NCBI GenBank assembly: GCA_046582655.1
Contig: JAYGDX010000229.1
Span: 1 to 12,184 of the forward strand
Origin: Candidatus Poribacteria bacterium
GTDB lineage: Bacteria; Poribacteria; WGA-4E; UBA9662
Direction of reading: 5' to 3'
DNA: 12,184 bases
Position numbers and translations under genes: made by a program. Under the pieces are notes generated by a model, which was given only the letters and a program-made list of their open reading frames with translations, did no database searches and was not told the DNA's origin. Below are positions 1 through 7,194 of this stretch, one piece after another. How positions within the stretch are numbered: the first letter of the stretch is position 1; the number at the start of each line of letters is the position of its first letter.

Positions 1-347
1 ACCGCTTGCAGCAATTTAGGACAGCCGTAGGCACGCAATATCACCTCCGAACGGGCCAAGGGATTGCTGATACGATTAATAATTTGCCCCTCACCTTCTG
101 GTTCCTGTAAGGTAAAGCTAAAGTCGCTTGGATGTTCAACGTTTTTCGGTCGCTCTTCTCGCAACTCACGTCCCCAGCTATAATACCAATTGGCTTTTAA
201 TTGCGATATTTTATACGACCACTGGTCGTTCTGTCGGCTGAAACAGGCGCCTTTTTTACCTGTACCTTCTGTTTGTTTCGTTTCGACATCAGCGAAAGTA
301 TAACTTGCGTTGAATAGCAACCAACAGACAATTAGAACCCGACTCAT
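1..347 (-). CDS. Secreted protein with GH128 (Glyco_hydro_cc)-like N-terminus; runs off the left edge; possibly a truncated or chimeric in-frame fusion
   Basis: Not in the ORF track; translated by hand from ATG at 347: MSRVLIVCWLLFNASYTFADVETKQTEGTGKKGACFSRQNDQWSYKISQLKANWYYSWGRELREERPKNVEHPSDFSFTLQEPEGEGQIINRISNPLARSEVILRAYGCPKLLQA, open to position 1. It has a signal-peptide-like start, and KKG...WYYSWG...VE matches the start of the GH128 barrel. The expected FVPM.WG and NEP motifs do not follow. Confidence 0.55.
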   Translation of the reverse strand, partial: MSRVLIVCWLLFNASYTFADVETKQTEGTGKKGACFSRQNDQWSYKISQLKANWYYSWGRELREERPKNVEHPSDFSFTLQEPEGEGQIINRISNPLARSEVILRAYGCPKLLQA

Positions 348-411
348 GCGATCAATTCCCCGTATTTACTTGAACCATCCCAAACCATTTCATCTAAATA
401 GTAACAAATCT

Positions 412-431
412 CACTGACAACGTTGTTAGTG
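412..431. promoter_or_regulatory. LacI-family-like operator palindrome
   Basis: CACTGACAACGTTGTTAGTG is a 20-bp palindrome with one mismatch, centred on AACGTT (central CG typical of LacI/GalR operators). It lies about 65 bp upstream of the glycoside-hydrolase-like gene starting at 347. Confidence 0.5.
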
Positions 432-448
432 GCAAAGACTCTAAACCA

Positions 449-468
449 TACTGGTATTTCTTCCAGTA
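449..468. promoter_or_regulatory. SOS-box-like (CTG-N10-CAG) palindrome
   Basis: TACTGGTATTTCTTCCAGTA has the TACTG-N10-CAGTA form of the gammaproteobacterial LexA box; arms ATACTGG (448-454) and CCAGTAT (463-469). The cognate regulator is unknown in this lineage. Confidence 0.3.
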
Positions 469-709
469 TAAAAAACTGAACGCACCTTTATTCATCAAGC
501 ATCTCAGCTAACATACCCTTGATTTAACCGTTTGCCTTCGCTGGGAAATGGGGGTATCCCTAGGTTGTCCCTCTACAGATTAAGATGCTGAACAAACTCC
601 ACATCTTTAGCGTGAATTCGACCCTCAGAACTAACTTTGACATTCTATCACGATTGCCGTATTGGGGTAAAGTAGTAGGATCGCTGGTAGGAATCGGGGT
701 TGACGAATC

Positions 710-745
710 GGGCCAATGGCTACCAACCTATTGCTCAGTTTTTTT
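710..745 (+). terminator. Degenerate intrinsic terminator-like hairpin
   Basis: Imperfect stem GGGCCAATGG (710-719) / CCTATTGCTC (727-736) with two bulges, followed by T7 (739-745). No intact + strand gene upstream, so possibly an orphaned terminator. Confidence 0.3.
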
Positions 746-916
746 ACCTAGAAACTAAACTCTCAATGTGGGTGGAATATACTGCCAAGTCTGCATGTAT
801 AAGATGCCAGCACAGAGGGTATCGGGGCGACTATGCCCTACTAGTTGGTTCTCTTTTTCATGTATACTCAGTCTTACTTACTCCATTTTACCTTCTATCC
901 ACAACTGGAGCCCCCC

Positions 917-925
917 TGTTATACT
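917..925 (+). promoter_or_regulatory. Candidate extended -10 promoter for the NFACT-R gene
   Basis: TGTTATACT (TGn-TATACT), about 85 bp upstream of ATG 1009; no clear -35 element. Confidence 0.4.
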
Positions 926-1008
926 AGAGGAAATATCCTCGAAATGTCAGTGATGGCACATGACGCTGAGCCAGCGATTCAAGAGTCTAGTAAAGATAGG
1001 AAACTCGA

Positions 1009-1377
1009 ATGAAAGAAGTCTATAAAACGTTTATCTCCTCTGATGGCTTTGAGATTTTAGTGGGAAATCAGGCAAGAGATAACGATTATTTGACCTTTAA
1101 GGTCGCTTCGTCTCAAGACTTCTGGTTTCATGTTGCCGCCACTCCAGGAGCCCATGTAATCGTCCGCAATCCTGACAAGCTCAAACGTCTTCCCAAACAA
1201 ACCCTTGAAGAAGCGGCTTCACTGGCTGCCTATTACAGCAAAAGCAGGAAGGGAGGCCGAGTGGCTGTAAATTATACCCAAAGACAGAATGTACGCAAAG
1301 AGCGGGGAACCCCTGCTGGTCAAGTCACCTTAAAAGGACACAAAATAGCCAAAGCAAATCCAAAAGCTGAGATTTGA
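1009..1377 (+). CDS. Stand-alone NFACT RNA-binding domain protein (NFACT-R / DUF814; C-terminal domain of RqcH/FbpA-like proteins)
   Basis: 122 aa with the hallmark motifs SSDGFEILVG...NDYLT, D.WFHV...PGAHV.V, EAASLAAYYSK, V.YT...NV.K..G..AGQV. The NFACT-N, HhH and coiled-coil regions are absent. RBS-like ATAGGA upstream. Confidence 0.9.
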   Translation: MKEVYKTFISSDGFEILVGNQARDNDYLTFKVASSQDFWFHVAATPGAHVIVRNPDKLKRLPKQTLEEAASLAAYYSKSRKGGRVAVNYTQRQNVRKERGTPAGQVTLKGHKIAKANPKAEI

Positions 1378-1611
1378 GGAATAGTAGATGTCCGAGAAGC
1401 TAAACTTACGCCTCAACTGCTAGACTCCGCGAATTCTCTGCTTGTATATGTTTAATCCTATCTGAGGTATCAGGGAGTAGTTATCCTAATAGTTGGTGAC
1501 CCTTTTCCTAAGTCTTGCTTCTTTAGCTGACCTTCACTAAATCCAGTTTTTGATAACATTTGTTGAACAATACCTATCCTTTTTTGATTTCGGGCAACTT
1601 AATGAAGGCAT

Positions 1612-1989
1612 ATGCGTAACTGGAAACCCATCTACATTGAGAATTACAGAATTCTTGGGTGGTTGAGCTATCTCACTCCTATCAACATACAAGCGATAAT
1701 TCTTGGTGTGATTGTGATTTCAAGGGATGAGATGAGTGAGGTCACAAAGAACCACGAAACGATCCACTTCCAGCAATATCTTGAAACTCTTTTTCTTGGT
1801 TTTCTTATTCTCTACTTTTGGGATTGGTTTATCGGTCTTGTGAAGTACAGAGATGGTCAAAAAGCATACCTGTCTATCAGAGCAGAACAAGAAGCCTACA
1901 AAAACCAAGAGAACCTTGAATATCTCCCCACAGATAGAAAAAGGTGGTGTTGGTTGCAGAGGTCAGATCCGACCCTCTTTTTGTCTTAA
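1612..1989 (+). CDS. Small HExxH zinc-metallopeptidase-like membrane-associated protein, phage/Bacteroidota-like hypothetical family
   Basis: NHETIHFQQ (HExxH), then a hydrophobic helix LFLGFLILYFWDWFIGLV and AY.SI.AEQEAY.NQ.NL.YL, which supplies a candidate third ligand Glu. GAAGG RBS before the ATG; AT-richer than the neighbouring core genes. Confidence 0.7.
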   Translation: MRNWKPIYIENYRILGWLSYLTPINIQAIILGVIVISRDEMSEVTKNHETIHFQQYLETLFLGFLILYFWDWFIGLVKYRDGQKAYLSIRAEQEAYKNQENLEYLPTDRKRWCWLQRSDPTLFLS

Positions 1990-2212
1990 TCAAATAAGGC
2001 AATCAACTAAACGTATTCTCGCACTAATCCCGTAGAGTGTATGTTGACGACTAACTCGACATAAGACTATACCCTTCTGCATGGGGTGACGGAGTGCAGT
2101 GCTACGCTGTCTTGGCACCTGATCTTTTACGCGGGAAAATTATCCGACGTAATGTGTGTACCGCCGTGGCCATTAGGTAAGCGCTAAATCAAGCCTACAA
2201 CACATCAGCAGA

Positions 2213-2341
2213 TCAGTTCAAATCCAAGACCCCATACTTCTCTTTTTCCTCAGCTGTCAGTTGGCGAGTGAACCAGCTTTCAGCTATCTGAAGCAGTCCA
2301 TCCATGTCTGTAGTATAGATCTAGGCTAGGCCATTTTCACC
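2213..2341 (-). pseudogene. C-terminal remnant of a WD40-repeat (STAND NTPase-WD40-like) protein
   Basis: Hand translation gives GENGLA*IYTTDMDGLLQIAESWFTRQLTAEEKEKYGVLDLN*. It resembles the end of a last WD40 blade (G.dG.a.Iy) plus the L..A....TR.LT.EE..KY terminal helix seen after bacterial WD40 arrays. In-frame TAG at 2321-2323; no upstream continuation. Confidence 0.55.
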
Positions 2342-2456
2342 TTAAATTATGCCTCTAAACCGATAGGTTTACCTGGGCCAAGGTCCAAGCATAAAAAGTC
2401 CAGATTGGAGCAAGTTCAGACTATATTTTCAAGCCATTGATCAGGATAACAACCCA

Positions 2457-5282
2457 CTACCTAGACCCTATACCGTAAACATAACCGTCAGCACAAACAA
2501 CAATTATCTGGATCTCGCCGCCCTCATACAATTGTGTTACCGTTGCCGGCCCCAACCGGCTTGGAAACTCTAGCTTCCATTTTATGATTCCCTGCGCCTC
2601 TTGTTCGGTGACGCCAATAGCATAAAGTGTATTATCGCTGGACAGCAAGACTTCATCGAGACCATTACCATCGATATCACAAGACACTGATGTAACTGCA
2701 TGGCCTTGCTGTGGTACTTTCAACTTCCATTCAAGTGCCCCAGTGGCAATATCAAAACACCTCACATTGTAACCGTCAATAACCGAATCTAACTGCCCAT
2801 CATGCCAAGCAATACCACACATCTCCAACCGTCCGTCGCCATCAAAATCCCCGACAGAGGGTAAAATGCCCTGAGGTGAAACTGGCTTACTACCAACTGA
2901 GCATTTCTGCCAAATAATATGGCCGTCCATATCAAGCAAGGACACCACATTTTGGCTAGTGGCATAGAGTATCTGCTTTCGACCATTACCAACAAAATCA
3001 GCTACAATGGGTTCCGCGCGGAAGGTCCCAACACGGAATATCTCCCCCCAACCCGTGCCGCGATGCATCAGCACTTGACCTGTATTCCCTTTGATCAGGG
3101 TTAAATGGTTAAAGGCTGCTAGGAAATCATCCAGTCCGTCGCCATCGTAATCGAAGATAGCCATTGAGTAACCGACGCCATTCCTCTTCCCTTCATAAAT
3201 CATTTGCCCATTTTCTCCGTTGAGTAGGCGATAGGAGTAATAAGCGTCTTTATAAACGACTAACACATCTGTACGCCTAGAGTCAGTGAAATGACCCGCA
3301 AACCACATCATCACACCACTTTGTGGATAGAACGGTCTGTTGCCAGGCACACGTGCCAGATCGTGATGCCACATTTCTTTGCCCTTATAACTATAAGCGA
3401 TAATTCTGGCATTGCCACTAAAGTTGCGTGTAGCACAGATCATAGCTAAGTGACCATCACCAATAAGATCAGCTAGTAAAACTGGTCCATGACAGAATGT
3501 ACTGAAATTGTCATGGTTAAAATAACCACGTCCAGGTTGGCGCCAATCTAGTTGGACTTGATTCGGAGAAGTGGGGCCTAAAGGTGTAAGAGCAACAATA
3601 TTCTCCATAGCGTCTTCGATATAAACAGTCGATTTGGTTTGACCAACCGAGCGGCCAACCAAAGCAATGGAAGGATTGCACCCAACATAACGCACAGTTT
3701 GGAATTCAGCGTGACAATGATGGGTCCCCAATTTTATTTCTCCTTGAGTGGGAAATCTTGTCTGAACAAGCACCGACCCCGAGTGTTGACTGTCAACAGG
3801 AGCAACTGCTCTCCCTTTCAATTTTGGCCCCACCACCGAGGCCAAAAATTGAACCTTTCCTTTCGAACCCATATTCCAAATGGACAGTTCCTGATAGTCT
3901 GTTTCAGGTTCGGACAAGTGGCGAGTCATAAAAAATATGCCTTGACCTGATTTGAGTTTTCCCGTCAGTAATTGTGGCCGAACCCAGTGAGAATTGGTCC
4001 GATAGTGAGGCGGAAAATTCACCCGGCTTGAAGTTTCGAAAGCCGCCAGTTCGTTTGTCCATAAAGTTTGTGTTTTTCCGTTTCGGCATTGTACTATCGA
4101 GATAGGGTTCCATTCCAGCGGATCCATCTGGTTAGATTGAAGACCAAATAGTTCACAAGTACCATCACTATCCAAATCTATTAGGTCGATCACACAAAAG
4201 TCAACCAAATCATACTGGACTTGGCCTGTCTCGGGATCAATCACCTCGGTGTGCCAGTGGCCTGTCCCCTCTCGATTGTAAATGGCCACCACAATTTCAG
4301 GGTTCCCGTCTCCGTCAACATCGCGCACTGGATTCTGCATCACCTGCAACCGTTTGTCTTTTTGATTGACACCAGGTTGGATAAGCCGCGACCAGACAAC
4401 CTTGAGTTGGTCGTTGTCATCCCAGCCAAAAACATCCATATGCAATTCAGAATTGGAGAGCATTACGATTTCAAGGCGCTTGTCACCGAAAAGATCATGG
4501 GCGCCAAGATAGCCGTAGGCACGTCCACTTTCAGCTTCAGGGTGTTGGTATGTGCATTTTTGCTCTAGTTTGCCAGTCTCTAAGTCAAGCATCCACAAAT
4601 CGTACCAGGGGGTAAATGCCACCTCGAGCTGGCCATCAGCATCAAAATCGGCCACGATTGGGTTGGCCACATACATAGTTGGAATAGGATCGGTTTTCCA
4701 GCGTTCTTGCCACTGGCCAGATTGATACACTAGCAATCGCCCGTAAAGTGGTATGGAATTATTACCTCTGGCCTCGAATCCAGTATCGAACTTGAGCTGT
4801 TGCAGCCCTAATACCGCTGGTAGAAAATAGCCAATGTTAATGTGCTCTGGTCCCGGCACAACCACCTTCTGCCCATTCTCCAACTGATACCATGGGTCGC
4901 CCATCCCCCAAGCTTCGACAATCGAACGGCAAAGGTCGGGGTTCAGTTGCTTCTCGGGGACGTTAGTTTCACTCGTAAGCGAGTCATCTGGATACAGTAT
5001 GAAAAATCCTTCTCTGGCACTGAGCTTATATTTCCATTTGATGATGGGGCTAGAAATCTTACCTTTGAGCGGCGAGTGGCCTGTCAGCGCAGGGTCGCGT
5101 CGGTATTGAAGCCATTGGCTGTCAGACTCAGATTGACCAGACTCCGCGAATTGAAATGCAACGCTAAGGTAAAAGAAAAGCACAGCAATCGACATGACCA
5201 ATGGTTGCACGACGGTGAAACAGTATGTTTGCAAATTAGTTACCACGCTTGCTTGCCCATACTTTAGTAACGTTGTTAACAA
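2457..5282 (-). CDS. Large secreted FG-GAP/VCBS-repeat beta-propeller protein with PQQ-like N-terminal motif
   Basis: 941-aa ORF with a hydrophobic signal-like segment (MSIAVLFFYLSVAFQFA) and WLQYRRDPALTGHSP. It has about 8 DxDxDG-type repeats (ADFDADGQLEV, DVDGDGNPEI, DLDSDGTCEL, ADLIGDG, DYDGDGLDDF, ADFVGNG, GDFDGDGRLEM, CDIDGNGLDEV) and ends VVCADGYVYGIG. The true start is probably downstream of the TTG at 5282, e.g. ATG 5195. Confidence 0.85.
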   Translation of the reverse strand: MLTTLLKYGQASVVTNLQTYCFTVVQPLVMSIAVLFFYLSVAFQFAESGQSESDSQWLQYRRDPALTGHSPLKGKISSPIIKWKYKLSAREGFFILYPDDSLTSETNVPEKQLNPDLCRSIVEAWGMGDPWYQLENGQKVVVPGPEHINIGYFLPAVLGLQQLKFDTGFEARGNNSIPLYGRLLVYQSGQWQERWKTDPIPTMYVANPIVADFDADGQLEVAFTPWYDLWMLDLETGKLEQKCTYQHPEAESGRAYGYLGAHDLFGDKRLEIVMLSNSELHMDVFGWDDNDQLKVVWSRLIQPGVNQKDKRLQVMQNPVRDVDGDGNPEIVVAIYNREGTGHWHTEVIDPETGQVQYDLVDFCVIDLIDLDSDGTCELFGLQSNQMDPLEWNPISIVQCRNGKTQTLWTNELAAFETSSRVNFPPHYRTNSHWVRPQLLTGKLKSGQGIFFMTRHLSEPETDYQELSIWNMGSKGKVQFLASVVGPKLKGRAVAPVDSQHSGSVLVQTRFPTQGEIKLGTHHCHAEFQTVRYVGCNPSIALVGRSVGQTKSTVYIEDAMENIVALTPLGPTSPNQVQLDWRQPGRGYFNHDNFSTFCHGPVLLADLIGDGHLAMICATRNFSGNARIIAYSYKGKEMWHHDLARVPGNRPFYPQSGVMMWFAGHFTDSRRTDVLVVYKDAYYSYRLLNGENGQMIYEGKRNGVGYSMAIFDYDGDGLDDFLAAFNHLTLIKGNTGQVLMHRGTGWGEIFRVGTFRAEPIVADFVGNGRKQILYATSQNVVSLLDMDGHIIWQKCSVGSKPVSPQGILPSVGDFDGDGRLEMCGIAWHDGQLDSVIDGYNVRCFDIATGALEWKLKVPQQGHAVTSVSCDIDGNGLDEVLLSSDNTLYAIGVTEQEAQGIIKWKLEFPSRLGPATVTQLYEGGEIQIIVVCADGYVYGIGSR
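5265..5278. promoter_or_regulatory. Second LacI-like operator candidate
   Basis: TAGTAACGTTGTTA shares AACGTTGTTA (10 nt) with the site at 415-428 in the same orientation relative to the downstream gene, about 70 bp upstream of ATG 5195. Confidence 0.3.
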
Positions 5283-5285
5283 TAA

Positions 5286-6539
5286 TCAGAATTTTGAAAT
5301 TCGGTATCCAGGCCGCTTCGGCTTGAACAGATCCGGATTCAAGCGCACACCAAGTCCAGGCCCCTGTGGCAAGCCTATAAAGCCGCCATCAATCTCGACC
5401 TCGACGTCGATCAGGTCTTTGTACACCGTCTGAATCTGCGCACGTACGGTTTCCTGATAGCAACAATTCGCCACCGCCGCACCGACGTGTAGCCCAGCAA
5501 ACAGGGTCAACGGACCGGTGCAATCGTGCATACTGACTGGTACATTGTAGGTCTCAGCGAGATGGGCAATCCGCGCAGTCTCCGAAATGCCCCCAACCCA
5601 GGTCGGGTCGATCATTACGTAGTCCGCAGCCTGGTTCATCAGCACAGAATTGTAGTCCGCACGGCTCAATAGCATCTCGCTCACTGAGATCGGCATCCGG
5701 CTCTGCCGGCGAAAATCAGCCACCGTGTCGAGATTGTCCATCTTGATCACATCCTCCAGCCACAGCGGCTGCACCTCACGTAGCGCCTCGGTAATCCGCA
5801 ACGCCGCTGGCAACTGGAAGTGCGCGTGTCCATCGACCAAGATGTCCAGATCCATCCCAACCTTGTCACGTATGTCGCGCAGGGGTTGCACAGCCGCCTC
5901 GATCGCGCGATGCGGAATCCATGCCGGACCGTATTCAATTGCTGCCTGATCGAAGGGCCAGACCTTCAATCCGCTGTAACCCTGACCAACCAGTTCCTCG
6001 GCCAGGGCCACAGGCTCGTGGAAAAGTTTCCACGAGTCACCCAGCGGTCCCGGTTCGCCGATCGTACCAAAACCCGGCCAACCCTTGCGCCCAGTCGTAC
6101 TGGGCCCATATTGCGGATTGCCGCAGCTGTTGTAGACCAGAATCTTGTCGCGCACGGGGCCACCGAGCAGGCGATACACTGGTTGATTGCAGACCTGGCC
6201 AAAAATATCCCAGAGAGCCACGTCCAAAGCCGACAGAGCGCGAAGCTCAGTGCCTCGCACACCGAAATTGGCCGCTCGTTCGTAGAGGAAACGCCAGTGT
6301 GATTCGATCGCTAGGGCATCCTCGCCTAGCAGTCGACGTGCCATCCAGTCGTGCAACATCGCCTGCACCGCTTCGGCACAATAATAGGTTTCTCCGTGGC
6401 CGACTATCCCTTCATCGGTATGGATCCGCACCAATAGCAGGTCGGGGAAGAATTCCAACACCTGCACACTCTCTATTGCAGTGACGGTGACCTTGCCCGC
6501 GTCGAGCGGCGACGGGGGTAGATGGGGTTTGTTCGTCAT
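5286..6539 (-). CDS. Mandelate racemase / muconate lactonizing enzyme family protein (enolase superfamily, probable acid-sugar dehydratase)
   Basis: N-terminal LLVRIHTDEGIVGHGE and SALDVALWDIFGQ...PVYRLLGG motifs; barrel motifs KVWPFD, VDGH, WLED, SVSE, MIDP, HDCTGP, QETVRA; C-terminal P.GPGLGV. AAAGGA RBS upstream of the ATG. Confidence 0.92.
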   Translation of the reverse strand: MTNKPHLPPSPLDAGKVTVTAIESVQVLEFFPDLLLVRIHTDEGIVGHGETYYCAEAVQAMLHDWMARRLLGEDALAIESHWRFLYERAANFGVRGTELRALSALDVALWDIFGQVCNQPVYRLLGGPVRDKILVYNSCGNPQYGPSTTGRKGWPGFGTIGEPGPLGDSWKLFHEPVALAEELVGQGYSGLKVWPFDQAAIEYGPAWIPHRAIEAAVQPLRDIRDKVGMDLDILVDGHAHFQLPAALRITEALREVQPLWLEDVIKMDNLDTVADFRRQSRMPISVSEMLLSRADYNSVLMNQAADYVMIDPTWVGGISETARIAHLAETYNVPVSMHDCTGPLTLFAGLHVGAAVANCCYQETVRAQIQTVYKDLIDVEVEIDGGFIGLPQGPGLGVRLNPDLFKPKRPGYRISKF

Positions 6540-6695
6540 TCAGTGTCCTTTGGGATTATCGCACGTGCACATCATGATACCCAACCTAAGCATATAGCGG
6601 CGAGATCCTCCCGAAAAAGACTACCTGCGGCAGGCAATTAACTGTTGCTCCAACCGGGATCCATCCAACCGTAAATTTCAGTGTTGGTCTCTAAT

Positions 6696-7174
6696 TTAAC
6701 TCACCCTAACCGCCACCAGCGTAATATCATCGTCTTGCTCTTCATCTGCTGTGTAGGCTTCTACATCATTAATGATAGTATCAACGACTTCTTCTATTGG
6801 CATGTCAACTGAGATACTGGACACCACCTCATTCAACCGTCCTGATTCTTCGTACATAATACCTTCAGCGTTACGTGGTTCGGTGATGCCATCGGTCATC
6901 AACAACAACAGATCTCCCGATTCCAAATGTATTACGGTTGACTTATAAACGATGGAAGGTATCATGCCCAGTGCTTAGCTTTAACAGGTTCAACAACGCC
7001 ATTGCGGATCAACAAAGAATAAGCGTGCTGACCTGCGTTAGCAAGGGTCACCTGTTTTTCCCCTGTGTCAAATTGGGCCAAGACCATGGTGACATTCATA
7101 TCCTGTTCCATACTATCACATAAAGCCTTGTTAGTCTTGGACATAAGTAAATCCATACCAGTATCGAGACAACC
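6696..7174 (-). pseudogene. 5'-truncated, frameshifted SpoIIE/RsbU-type PP2C phosphatase domain
   Basis: ORFs 6962-7156 (NKALCDSMEQDMNVTMVLAQFD...LANAGQHAY) and 6696-6965 (ALGMIPSIVY...LLLMTDGITE...DDDITLV) are consecutive halves of one SpoIIE domain. The frame breaks at 6973/6974 (AAG|CA CTG GGC ATG). The N-terminal DVSGKG-type motif and any sensor domains are missing, and an in-frame TAA lies just upstream of 7174. Confidence 0.85.
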
Positions 7175-7194
7175 TTAACCCGCGCATCATTGAA

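Noticed and set aside
700..953. ORFs 700-927 and 768-953
   Set aside because: TTG/GTG starts without RBS, no recognisable motifs, overlapping each other and crossing a terminator-like and promoter-like region; likely spurious.
1390..1426. Short ORF MSEKLNLRLNC* with a GAGGA RBS right after the NFACT-R gene
   Set aside because: Only 11 codons; could be the stump of a deleted downstream gene but cannot be supported without homology.
1469..1598. Open minus-strand frame VARNQKRIGIVQQMLSKTGFSEGQLKKQDLGKGSPTIRITTP*
   Set aside because: No start context and no recognisable family; possibly another remnant but unsupported.
1990..2210. Integron attC site or HEARO/omega-RNA downstream of the HExxH gene
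   Set aside because: No paired RYYYAAC/GTTRRRY boxes. Resemblance to HEARO-type RNAs is limited to a few short words, and no IscB/TnpB gene is present.
5725..6484. Several long alternative-frame and antisense ORFs inside the racemase gene, and similar shadows inside 2457-5282, 7195-9177 and 9584-11827
   Set aside because: Expected shadow ORFs of real coding sequence, with Arg/Ser/Pro-rich unrecognisable translations.
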